DNA of 64,000 bases, from contig CALIIL010000085.1 in NCBI GenBank assembly GCA_938017685.1, positions 2,819-66,818 on the forward strand, written 5' to 3'. Of this stretch, positions 56,498-64,000 are shown one piece after another (positions within the stretch are counted from its first letter, which is position 1; every line of letters starts with the position of its first letter). A model generated the notes under the pieces. The model saw only the letters and a list, made by a program, of their open reading frames with translations, did no database searches and was not told the origin of the DNA. A program made the position numbers and the translations under genes. This stretch comes from an uncultured Chitinophagaceae bacterium (GTDB lineage Bacteria > Bacteroidota > Bacteroidia > Chitinophagales > Chitinophagaceae).

Positions 56498-57460
56498 ATG
56501 CAAAAGTTAGGCGCCATATTAAAATTAATTCGCTGGCCTAATTTGTTGTTCATTGCGTTGACGCAATTTATAATTTACGATAATATTATAGCTCCAGCTG
56601 TGCATGTGAAACATGTTTTAGAGCAGCAATCGGGTGTTCTAGGAATGATAATTCATCCAATTGGACCTGAGTATATTTATAACTTTCAGTCATTGGTTCT
56701 TTTGATTTTAAGTACGTTGCTAATTGCAGCCTCAGGCTATATGATTAATGATTACTTTGATGTTAGAATAGACCAGGTGAATAAACCCGATGAAGTTGTG
56801 CTAGATAAATTACTATCTCGTAAAGCGGTTTTAATCTGGCATACTGTAATAAATGTACTCGCTATTATTCTGGTATTGAACTTGGCTTTGGATACAAAAC
56901 TTCGCTTCTTGTTGATACAGTTTACAAGTATTACGGCATTGATTATTTACTCATTAAGCTTTAAGCGTCATTTGTTTATTGGTAATTTATTAATAGGTGT
57001 GCTTACTAGCTTAAGTATTCTGACCATAGGAATATATGATATGGATTTCGAGGTGCTTGGTTTAGATACGACTTATCAAAAGTTCTTCTGGTTGTATGTT
57101 GTTTTTGCTTTCTTAGTTACAATTATACGTGAGTTAATTAAAGATGCTGAGGATATAAAAGGAGACTTAAGTGATGGTTGCAGAACGGTTCCAATAGTGT
57201 TTGGAATAAATAAGACCAAGCAATTGGTTTACGTTTTGTTCTTTTTGCTCTTTGGAATTATTGCTGCCTTTATTAGTAGAATGTATGAGTTGAAGTTACT
57301 CATGTGTATTTATTATGTCATTGGCATTATTGCTCCTAGTATCTTTATTATGATTAAGATTAAGCAGGCAAACAGCAGCGCTGATTTTGGGCATATTAGT
57401 AAATGGATAAAATGGTTGACGCTGTCGGGTATACTTTCGATGATACTTATAGCGCTCTAA
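56498..57460 (+). CDS. UbiA family prenyltransferase (digeranylgeranylglyceryl-phosphate synthase-like)
   Basis: Asp-rich motifs NDYFDVRID and KDAEDIKGD followed by GCRTVPIVFG. The ATG is 2 nt after the kdsC stop. Confidence 0.75.
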   Translation: MQKLGAILKLIRWPNLLFIALTQFIIYDNIIAPAVHVKHVLEQQSGVLGMIIHPIGPEYIYNFQSLVLLILSTLLIAASGYMINDYFDVRIDQVNKPDEVVLDKLLSRKAVLIWHTVINVLAIILVLNLALDTKLRFLLIQFTSITALIIYSLSFKRHLFIGNLLIGVLTSLSILTIGIYDMDFEVLGLDTTYQKFFWLYVVFAFLVTIIRELIKDAEDIKGDLSDGCRTVPIVFGINKTKQLVYVLFFLLFGIIAAFISRMYELKLLMCIYYVIGIIAPSIFIMIKIKQANSSADFGHISKWIKWLTLSGILSMILIAL

Positions 57461-57486
57461 ATAATCATTCTTTGTATCTTCGTGCC

Positions 57487-57729
57487 ATGTCTGTAAATGT
57501 TATGGCCCTTCGCGCTAAGTTGATTAATTATTTAGCTACTTCGCATAATGAGTATTTACTTAAAAGAATGTATGCTTTGTTAGCAAGTGACGATGTTGAG
57601 CAGCAAAAAATTACATTGGACAAAGAACAACAATTAGCCGTATCCGAAGCGCGTGAAGAAATAACCAATGGGTATGCTCAAGATGCTACTATTGTTGATG
57701 CTGAAATTGAAGCATGGTTACTAAAGTAG
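57487..57729 (+). CDS. putative antitoxin (addiction-module component) paired with the ParE/RelE toxin
   Basis: About 80-aa acidic protein. Its stop overlaps the toxin start by 16 nt. I trimmed the ORF-track start (57403), which overlaps the ubiA-like gene. Confidence 0.5.
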   Translation: MSVNVMALRAKLINYLATSHNEYLLKRMYALLASDDVEQQKITLDKEQQLAVSEAREEITNGYAQDATIVDAEIEAWLLK

Positions 57730-58016
57730 TATATTCTAAAAAGGCGATCCAAAACAGAAAACAAATATTATCTTATTGGGTTAAACGCAATGGCAATAAT
57801 CAATATGCCTTAAAGTTGAATGCGCTGTTTGTTGAGGCGGTTAGTTTACTAGTAAGTTTCCCAAATATAGGGAGAAAGACAGATGACGCAAACGCGAGAA
57901 TTCAAGTTGTTAAAGACTATATGATCATTTATGAAGTTGTAGGTGAAGAACTACACATATTAACCATTTGGGATAGTAGACAGGACCCTGATAAATTAAA
58001 AGAACAATTAAAATGA
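57714..58016 (+). CDS. type II toxin-antitoxin system RelE/ParE family toxin
   Basis: 100 aa. The patterns ...A..D...I..Y........A..........L..FP..GR and ...Y.IIYEV....L.ILTIWD.RQDP are typical of ParE-like plasmid-stabilisation toxins. Confidence 0.75.
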   Translation: MVTKVVYSKKAIQNRKQILSYWVKRNGNNQYALKLNALFVEAVSLLVSFPNIGRKTDDANARIQVVKDYMIIYEVVGEELHILTIWDSRQDPDKLKEQLK

Positions 58017-58573
58017 TTGAAGAAATAATATTGGCGTCTAACTCGCCACGAAGAAAACAGTTACTTAAAATGGCAGAAATTCCTTTTGAGGTGATGCCAT
58101 CCAATGCGGAGGAAATAATTAACCCGGCCTTGTCATTCAATGATATTCCAATTGATATTGCCAAGCAAAAAGCAATACCCTTATTAAAGCTTAAAGACAA
58201 ACGTATTATATTAACAGCAGATACTATTGTGGTATTAAAAGATGAAATCATTGGTAAACCCAACAACGAGGAGTATGCAATTGAAACTATTAGTAAACTG
58301 AGCAATAATAAACACCAAGTGATTACTGGAGTAGTCTTGCAAAAAGATGAACAATTGATTGAGTTTAGTGCCGTGACGGATGTATATTTTGACAAATTGA
58401 GTTTGGAGCAAATAACGCATTATGTCCAGCAATATCAGCCGTTTGATAAAGCAGGTGCTTATGCTATACAGGAATGGATTGGTGCTATTGGGATTAAAAA
58501 GATAGATGGCTGCTTCTATAATGTCATGGGCTTACCTATTAGGCAAGTTGTTCAGGAATTAGCTAAGTTTTAG
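58013..58573 (+). CDS. maf: Maf family nucleoside triphosphate pyrophosphatase
   Basis: Blocks ILASNSPRRKQLL, TADTIV and GAYAIQ. Its ATG overlaps the toxin stop (ATGA). Confidence 0.9.
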   Translation: MIEEIILASNSPRRKQLLKMAEIPFEVMPSNAEEIINPALSFNDIPIDIAKQKAIPLLKLKDKRIILTADTIVVLKDEIIGKPNNEEYAIETISKLSNNKHQVITGVVLQKDEQLIEFSAVTDVYFDKLSLEQITHYVQQYQPFDKAGAYAIQEWIGAIGIKKIDGCFYNVMGLPIRQVVQELAKF

Positions 58574-58668
58574 TTTTTGGAACTACTTTTACTACTTATA
58601 TAATTATTTATTTTGTCGGTCCTGATCGTTATCGGGAGGGCTTGCCAGAACTTTTTTGATATATTCAC

Positions 58669-59718
58669 ATGATAGAAAATTTTAACCCAAACGATGTTGC
58701 CTTAAGTACCAATAATATTTTTGGTTTGCCTTCTACTATTGAGAATTCTAAACTCATTATTATTCCCGTTCCTTGGGAGGTTACTGTAAGTTATAGAAAT
58801 GGTACAGCACGCGCTCCTGAAGAAATATTAGAAGCAAGTCGTCAAATAGATTTATATGATGTCAATGCGCACAATATGTGGCAACAGGGTTATCATATGT
58901 TACCAATAGATGCTAATTGGGTTAAGAGAAATGATTACTTAAGACATTGTGCGGAATTGATTATTGCAGACTTAAGTGAAGGTGGTGAAACGGCAGATAA
59001 TAAACAACTCTGTAATAAATTAGAAGAGATTAATAAAGGTGGTAAGGAAATTGCAACCTGGATTTACACTCAAGCCAAAGATCTATTACGCCAAGGTAAA
59101 TTGGTTGCGCTCTTAGGTGGTGATCATTCTACACCATTAGGATTAATTAAAGCTATTGCCGATGAGTATAAGGAATTTGGCATTTTACAAATTGATGCAC
59201 ATATGGACTTGCGTAAAGCGTATGAAGGGTTTACTTTTTCGCATGCATCCATTATGTATAATGTATTGGAGCAAGTGCCACAAATGAAAAAGTTGGTCCA
59301 AGTAGGAGTGCGCGATTATTGTGACGAAGAAGTAGAATATGCAGAAGCAAATAAAGAGCGTATAGAAATATTCTACGATCAAGCAATTAAAGAGCGATTA
59401 TTTGAAGGTGACCATTGGAAAATGATCTGTGAAGATATTATAGAAAGTTTGCCTCAAAATGTCTATATCAGTTTTGATATAGATGGCTTAGACCCAAAGC
59501 TTTGTGCTAATACAGGAACGCCGGTCAATGGAGGATTTGAAGTTGAGCACATCATGTACTTGTTTAGAGAGTTACTAGCTAGTGGGCGTAAATTAATAGG
59601 TTTTGATTTAAATGAAGTGGCTTGCGGCGAATTAACGCAAGATGCTTTAGATGCCAATATTGGTGCACACATCTTATATAAGATGTCTAATCTTTTTGTA
59701 AAGAGCCAACTAAGCTAA
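58669..59718 (+). CDS. agmatinase/arginase (ureohydrolase) family protein
   Basis: Mn-binding motifs GGDHS, IDAHMDLR and SFDIDGLDP. Confidence 0.8.
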   Translation: MIENFNPNDVALSTNNIFGLPSTIENSKLIIIPVPWEVTVSYRNGTARAPEEILEASRQIDLYDVNAHNMWQQGYHMLPIDANWVKRNDYLRHCAELIIADLSEGGETADNKQLCNKLEEINKGGKEIATWIYTQAKDLLRQGKLVALLGGDHSTPLGLIKAIADEYKEFGILQIDAHMDLRKAYEGFTFSHASIMYNVLEQVPQMKKLVQVGVRDYCDEEVEYAEANKERIEIFYDQAIKERLFEGDHWKMICEDIIESLPQNVYISFDIDGLDPKLCANTGTPVNGGFEVEHIMYLFRELLASGRKLIGFDLNEVACGELTQDALDANIGAHILYKMSNLFVKSQLS

Positions 59719-60315
59719 ATGAAAAATACCTTTTACTTTTTACTCGAAAGAGAAAATAAAAAAAAGTACGGAATACAAATGCGCGCTATGCATATCATGG
59801 CGGCTATTTTATTATTAGTTTATTCCATCATGCTTATTCCCGATTGGGATAATAAGTGGCCTGAGATTGTTGGTTTTGCACCGGCTATGTTGGGAATAAT
59901 TATTTATGTTATTTGGAAAAAAAAGGAGGTAGAACAATTCGAGATTAATCGCATCTTACGCATTATTGAAGTGGGTGCTTTAACGATGGCTAGTATACAT
60001 TTTTACGAAACTAATGTCCTAATTGCCGCTCTAATATATGCGGTAGTGGCTTGCATTATTTTAATATTGACTTATTTGGAGTATAGAATATTTGGGGAGC
60101 ATTTTATTAAATTGACTGAAGAATATGCCATCGTTCCAATGCATATAACCACCAAGAAAATTGCTTGGGAGGATATGAGTAATATGATATTAAAGTATGA
60201 CTTGCTAACCATACACTATAAAGATGATAGATTCTTGCAATTACAAGTTTATCATCAATATGATGAACATGAGTTGGGGCAGTTTCAAGAATTTTTAAAT
60301 AGACAATTGCATTGA
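59719..60315 (+). CDS. membrane protein, unknown function
   Basis: Three or four N-terminal TM segments and a soluble C-terminal half. The ATG abuts the upstream stop. Confidence 0.5.
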   Translation: MKNTFYFLLERENKKKYGIQMRAMHIMAAILLLVYSIMLIPDWDNKWPEIVGFAPAMLGIIIYVIWKKKEVEQFEINRILRIIEVGALTMASIHFYETNVLIAALIYAVVACIILILTYLEYRIFGEHFIKLTEEYAIVPMHITTKKIAWEDMSNMILKYDLLTIHYKDDRFLQLQVYHQYDEHELGQFQEFLNRQLH

Positions 60316-61583
60316 ACTATCAAGAAACCTTAGATTATTTGTATGCGCAATTGCCTATGTTTTCACGAGTAGGTGCAGCTGCTTATAAAAAAGACTTGAC
60401 CAATACACTCAAGTTGTGCGAAGCTTTAGGTAATCCGCAACTTAAATTTAAGTCGGTGCATATTGCGGGCACTAATGGGAAGGGCAGTGTTAGTCACATG
60501 CTCGCTTCTGTAATGCAGGAGAATGGTTACAAAACAGGACTGTATACCTCGCCACATATTAAAGAGTTTTCTGAGCGTATTCGTATCAATGGATTGGAGG
60601 TTGAAAAGGATTGGATTGTTGATTTTGTAGAAAAGAATAAAGGAATTATTGAGGAGGTCAAGCCAAGTTTTTTTGAAATAACGGTGGTTATGTCTTTTCA
60701 ATACTTCGCCGAGCAAGATGTAGATATTGCGATAATAGAAACAGGCTTAGGTGGTCGCTTGGATAGTACCAATGTTGTAACGCCATTGTTATCTGTTATT
60801 ACAAATATTGGTTTAGACCATACGGATATGCTAGGCGATACCTTGGCATTGATTGCGGGCGAAAAGGCTGGTATTATTAAAGAGAATGTGCCTGTTATTA
60901 TTAGTGAAACCCAAGAAGAAACTGAAGCTATATTCTTTAGAAAAGCGCATGCTATGCATGCGCCGATATTATTTGCTGATACTATTTTTTCTGAAGCAAG
61001 AGCAGGGCATAATATCATGTTGATTAATCAATCCAATAGTGAAATGATTAAGCTTAAATTAGATTTGCTGGGTAGCTATCAATATAAAAATGCGAAGGCT
61101 GTATTATTGGCTTGTCATTTATTAACACGCAATGGCTTTGTATTGGATAAAGAAAAGAATGAAGAAGCTTTATCTAAGGTGAAAGTCAATACGGGTATGA
61201 AAGGACGCTTTGATATCCAGTCCGAAAAGCCAAGAGTTATTTATGATGTGTCGCATAATGAGGCGGGTATAAAACTCACGCTTGCGCAGATTGAAAAAAT
61301 GCAATATAAACAACTGCATATTGTTTGCGGTTTCGTTAAAGATAAAGATGTACGTAAGGCATTATTGGCGTTTCCAGCTGAGGCGCATTTCTATTTTACC
61401 CAGGCCAAGGTGCCACGTGCGCTATCTGTTGATGAGTTAGTGGCAAAAGCTAAAGAGTTAGATATTGAAGGGCATGCCTTTAAGCAAATTCAAGAGGCAT
61501 TAAATGCAGCTAAAGAAAAGGCAAACGAGCAGGATATTGTTTTGGTCATTGGTAGCTTCTTTATTTTGGAAGAGTTGTATTAG
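60312..61583 (+). CDS. folC: bifunctional folylpolyglutamate synthase/dihydrofolate synthase
   Basis: HIAGTNGKGS P-loop, SPH block, ETGLGGRLDSTN block. TTG start overlaps the upstream stop. Confidence 0.9.
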   Translation: MNYQETLDYLYAQLPMFSRVGAAAYKKDLTNTLKLCEALGNPQLKFKSVHIAGTNGKGSVSHMLASVMQENGYKTGLYTSPHIKEFSERIRINGLEVEKDWIVDFVEKNKGIIEEVKPSFFEITVVMSFQYFAEQDVDIAIIETGLGGRLDSTNVVTPLLSVITNIGLDHTDMLGDTLALIAGEKAGIIKENVPVIISETQEETEAIFFRKAHAMHAPILFADTIFSEARAGHNIMLINQSNSEMIKLKLDLLGSYQYKNAKAVLLACHLLTRNGFVLDKEKNEEALSKVKVNTGMKGRFDIQSEKPRVIYDVSHNEAGIKLTLAQIEKMQYKQLHIVCGFVKDKDVRKALLAFPAEAHFYFTQAKVPRALSVDELVAKAKELDIEGHAFKQIQEALNAAKEKANEQDIVLVIGSFFILEELY

Positions 61584-61603
61584 TATATACCTATCAAATA
61601 AAT

Positions 61604-61652
61604 AGGTTCCCCTTTGTTAGTCGTAAAACCAACAAAAGGAAACCTTTTTTTT
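61604..61652 (+). terminator. rho-independent terminator after folC
   Basis: 15-bp stem aggttcccctttgtt/aacaaaaggaaacct (13 of 15 paired) with a 12-nt loop, then T8. Confidence 0.7.
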
Positions 61653-61662
61653 CTATCTCGTT

Positions 61663-61971
61663 TTAAGCAGCAGAAAGACTATACATGCTATAATCTTTAA
61701 TAATATTTTTTTGTCTTTCGAGAAATGCTGCAAAGCGCATTTTAACCTCTGCTTCGTTAAGGCTGCACTCAGAATAGTCTACGCACCATTCCGAATTCTC
61801 ATCGAATGTTAGTGATCCTGTCAAGGCTATTTTCTTGACACTTTTAAGTGCATTGCACCAAAAGGCAAATTGTTCCTGCTTAGAAATAGAATTTCGAAAA
61901 TTGATTTTCGTTTTAAAAGAGTATGTCATAATAAATAGTGTTTTAGTGACTTCGTCCCTTATAATAAACAT
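61663..61971 (-). CDS. hypothetical protein
   Basis: 102-aa ORF (alternative ATG at Met15). No recognisable motif. AT-rich. Confidence 0.4.
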   Translation of the reverse strand: MFIIRDEVTKTLFIMTYSFKTKINFRNSISKQEQFAFWCNALKSVKKIALTGSLTFDENSEWCVDYSECSLNEAEVKMRFAAFLERQKNIIKDYSMYSLSAA

Positions 61972-62375
61972 GGAGATAAAGCCGGTTATCTATAAAGGCA
62001 CAATTTTAATGCCAAAAGAGAGTTGTTTTGTAAGTAGTTTTCCTTATTTGTTATAACTGCTTAGTTAATAGCGACTTATGTATTTAGATGGCTAAAAATA
62101 TTTATATGAGTGAAATTTAGATTGGGTCTATTATTCCTGTTCGGGTTTGAAATACTGCATCAAAGTGTTTGTGAAATGGTTAATAAAACTTTTAAGGGTT
62201 GTATTTATGTAAACGATTTGACTTTAAGGAGTAAGGGTTTTCGCAGCGTGCTCTTTTGGTTGTTGTGCCGTTAGCCAAACCTACGCTTTTGCTCCTTCCT
62301 GTTACCAGGCAGGTTATTTTTTCCTAATTCCGAAGCTTTGGCAGTTTTGCATTTTCGGTTATTGCATTGCACGCA

Positions 62376-63215
62376 TTACTTATAGCTCTTGTTGTGCGTC
62401 GTTTTTTTTAGTTCTTTGATTGTTTCTTCTAAAGCCGAAATCCATTCGTTGGTTATATGTTCTTTATCTTTTCTTGCTTTCTTTAGGTATCTGTTCAGAA
62501 GTGGTAAAAAGTCCTTGTCATTAAGAGTTAAGATTGCTTCGAAGAGTAATGTGCCATCGTTTTCATTTTTAAGTTCAGAAATAATAATATCTTTTACTTT
62601 TTCATCCTTTCTGTTGGCTAGTCCGATGATAGCTTCTGATTTAGTTTCAAAGTCTGTATCGTTTATTCTTTGCCATAAGGCTGTTCTGATTTTCTCGTTA
62701 TCGGTTTCAATTTGAGTTCCTATTCCAAATGTTGCCCAATTCCTTATGTCGCTATCCTTGTCATTTGATAATTTTATTTGAGTATCAATCGCATTTTCAA
62801 TTTCAACACCGAGGAGGGCAGAAACTAAACTAAGTCTGACAGTTGAACTTTTATGTTTTTCAAGGGGACATAGTAATTCAACCTGTTTTTTATTCAACTT
62901 GTCATTGTTGTGTCCAATGGCATAGAGTAATGAGGAGATTATTTTATAATCTGTTTCGGTTCTTAATAACTCAAATAGAATATTTAATATTTCCTTTTTA
63001 TGTAACCTAGGGTTTCCAAATTGAGCTAGAATAGTAACGCCCAATATTCTTTCTTTTAGGTTTTTAGATTTCGTTAATTGAACACTCTTCTTATAAATGT
63101 CTTCTGTTTTTCGAGTTCTTAATTCTGTGACATAATTCCAATAGTTTGACGAAGACTTATTCAATAATAGTCGGTCAAAAATCTTTTCAGTCTTATAATT
63201 AGATAAATTATTCAC
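62376..63215 (-). CDS. HEAT (PBS-lyase-type) repeat protein
   Basis: Repeated ~30-aa helical units (..ERILGVTILAQFG.., ..SSLLYAIGHN.., ..RLSLVSALLG.., ..DIRNWATFGIG.., ..SEAIIGLANR..). GTG start with an in-frame TAA four codons upstream. Confidence 0.65.
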   Translation of the reverse strand: MNNLSNYKTEKIFDRLLLNKSSSNYWNYVTELRTRKTEDIYKKSVQLTKSKNLKERILGVTILAQFGNPRLHKKEILNILFELLRTETDYKIISSLLYAIGHNNDKLNKKQVELLCPLEKHKSSTVRLSLVSALLGVEIENAIDTQIKLSNDKDSDIRNWATFGIGTQIETDNEKIRTALWQRINDTDFETKSEAIIGLANRKDEKVKDIIISELKNENDGTLLFEAILTLNDKDFLPLLNRYLKKARKDKEHITNEWISALEETIKELKKTTHNKSYK

Positions 63216-63298
63216 TAGTCTTTCTTAATGACGCACAACATCTGTATACACGAATGTCGCATATTTCTGCTTTATGCACAACACAAATTATGCTCTAT

Positions 63299-63306
63299 CA
63301 AATTTA
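63299..63306 (-). promoter_or_regulatory. Bacteroidetes -7 box (TAAATTTG) upstream of the HEAT-repeat gene
   Basis: Exact TAnnTTTG on the minus strand, about 84 nt upstream of the GTG start. Confidence 0.3.
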
Positions 63307-63425
63307 TGCGAATTAATTCAATATGTCAAAGCGAATAGGCCATTCAGGTGAAATCGTCTTTTGTAAATATTTGCACGTACATCAATAAGGTTTTATTCAA
63401 TCAGATATATTATTTTTATCCTGCA

Positions 63426-64000
63426 ATGGCCAAGAAGTCTAAAAAAAATAAACACGCACATAAAGCAATTAAAGAAACGAAAAAGGACGTTTCGTCGGTT
63501 GATGAAATAATGTTAGATGCCACACAAGGGCAAGATTGGTGTCATAAGATTACACAATCTTATACGCCATATATTATCACTTTTCTATTATCTGTTCTGT
63601 TATATGCCAATACATTTAATCACAGTTTTGCCTTAGATGATGATATTGTTATTTGTAAAAACGAATTTGTATTGCAAGGTATTGAAGGTCTAGGAGGGAT
63701 CTTTTCTGAGGATTTATTCTATAGTTTTTATAAACAAATGAATACTTCGGCACAATTAGCGGGTGGTCGTTATCGCCCATTATCGGTGGCAACTTTTGCA
63801 TTAGAGCAAGAGTTTATTGGTACGCGCGAGGTGCCCATGCAAGCCGGTGTTCCAGTCTATGATAATGCTACTTGTTGGGATGAAAATGGTAATGGGCAAC
63901 CCGACCTCAATGAAGATTTAAATGGCGATGGTGTGTATAATGATAAAGATTGCCGACAGAAAGGTTTTGGCTTTAGACATATTAATAATACAATCCTCTA
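63426..64000 (+). CDS. membrane protein, N-terminal part (TMTC/PMT-like glycosyltransferase-fold N-terminus, usually followed by TPR repeats); 3' end outside window
   Basis: I translated this myself, as it is absent from the ORF track. It is open from ATG 63426 to the window end. The block YANTFNHSFALDDDIVI.KN is typical of this family. Confidence 0.55.
   Translation, partial: MAKKSKKNKHAHKAIKETKKDVSSVDEIMLDATQGQDWCHKITQSYTPYIITFLLSVLLYANTFNHSFALDDDIVICKNEFVLQGIEGLGGIFSEDLFYSFYKQMNTSAQLAGGRYRPLSVATFALEQEFIGTREVPMQAGVPVYDNATCWDENGNGQPDLNEDLNGDGVYNDKDCRQKGFGFRHINNTIL

Noticed and set aside
57925-58395. Long antisense or shadow ORFs appear in the ORF track. Examples are 57925-58395, 26375-26785, 17166-17570, 15930-16298, 60698-61018, 13019-13306, 3971-4261, 62389-62715 and 12237-12479.
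   Set aside because: Each lies entirely inside, and antisense to, a gene with strong family motifs. Their translations are low-complexity or biased with no recognisable motifs. These are typical shadow ORFs in AT-rich DNA.
62390-63240. A perfect 11-bp inverted repeat (TGTTGTGCGTC / GACGCACAACA) brackets the HEAT-repeat ORF and might mark an invertible DNA segment.
   Set aside because: A rough calculation (about 6e7 position pairs within 1 kb times 4^-11) predicts on the order of ten such inverted 11-mers by chance in 64 kb. One arm lies inside the coding sequence. No recombinase or invertase gene is nearby. Only the weaker motif-cluster observation is kept, as a low-interest finding.
1-64000. 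I searched for tRNA, rRNA, CRISPR arrays, IS elements or transposases, integrases, prophage genes and reverse transcriptases.
   Set aside because: I saw no tRNA-like T-arm (GGTTCGAAT-type) context outside coding sequence, no spaced direct-repeat arrays, and no ORF with DDE, tyrosine or serine recombinase or RT motifs. Absence was judged by eye only. tRNAscan, Infernal and ISfinder runs would be decisive.

Overview
This window reads as a densely coding, low-GC chromosomal segment of a Bacteroidota bacterium. Supporting signs are T9SS cargo with type A and type B C-terminal sorting domains, a PorP/SprF gene, a PorE-like OmpA gene, and many exact TAnnTTTG -7 promoter boxes. I count about 62 protein genes. 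I found no rRNA, tRNA, CRISPR array, transposase, integrase or phage genes. Most of the window is ordinary housekeeping: rpsP, mlaEF, ppk1-ppx, PNP, mnmE, a csp gene, selO, phnA, ftsK, aroK, YebC, ubiX, lon, an HtrA-type protease, kdsC, maf, folC. Accessory-looking content is limited to small, isolated insertions. (1) An AT-rich PIN-like plus Cys-cluster gene starts 2 nt after the lon stop codon. (2) A TolC/HlyD/ABC operon has a single ABC subunit with degenerate Q-loop, signature and Walker B motifs, and is led by a small secreted protein. (3) Scattered immunity-type genes have no toxin partner: SUKH/SMI1, a 111-aa gene overlapping the ftsK stop, an exported MORN/YwqK protein, and a HEAT-repeat protein. 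(4) A ParE/RelE toxin-antitoxin pair sits inside the kdsC-ubiA-maf gene string. (5) A cargo-PorP-PorE T9SS module is present. (6) An AT-rich two-gene islet with a 400-bp unexplained gap lies near the right edge. My best guess for an undescribed system is the lon-coupled PIN-like gene, followed by the degenerate-ABC efflux operon. Both are hypotheses from sequence reading only. No homology search or structure prediction could be run, and all family calls are from memory of motifs.
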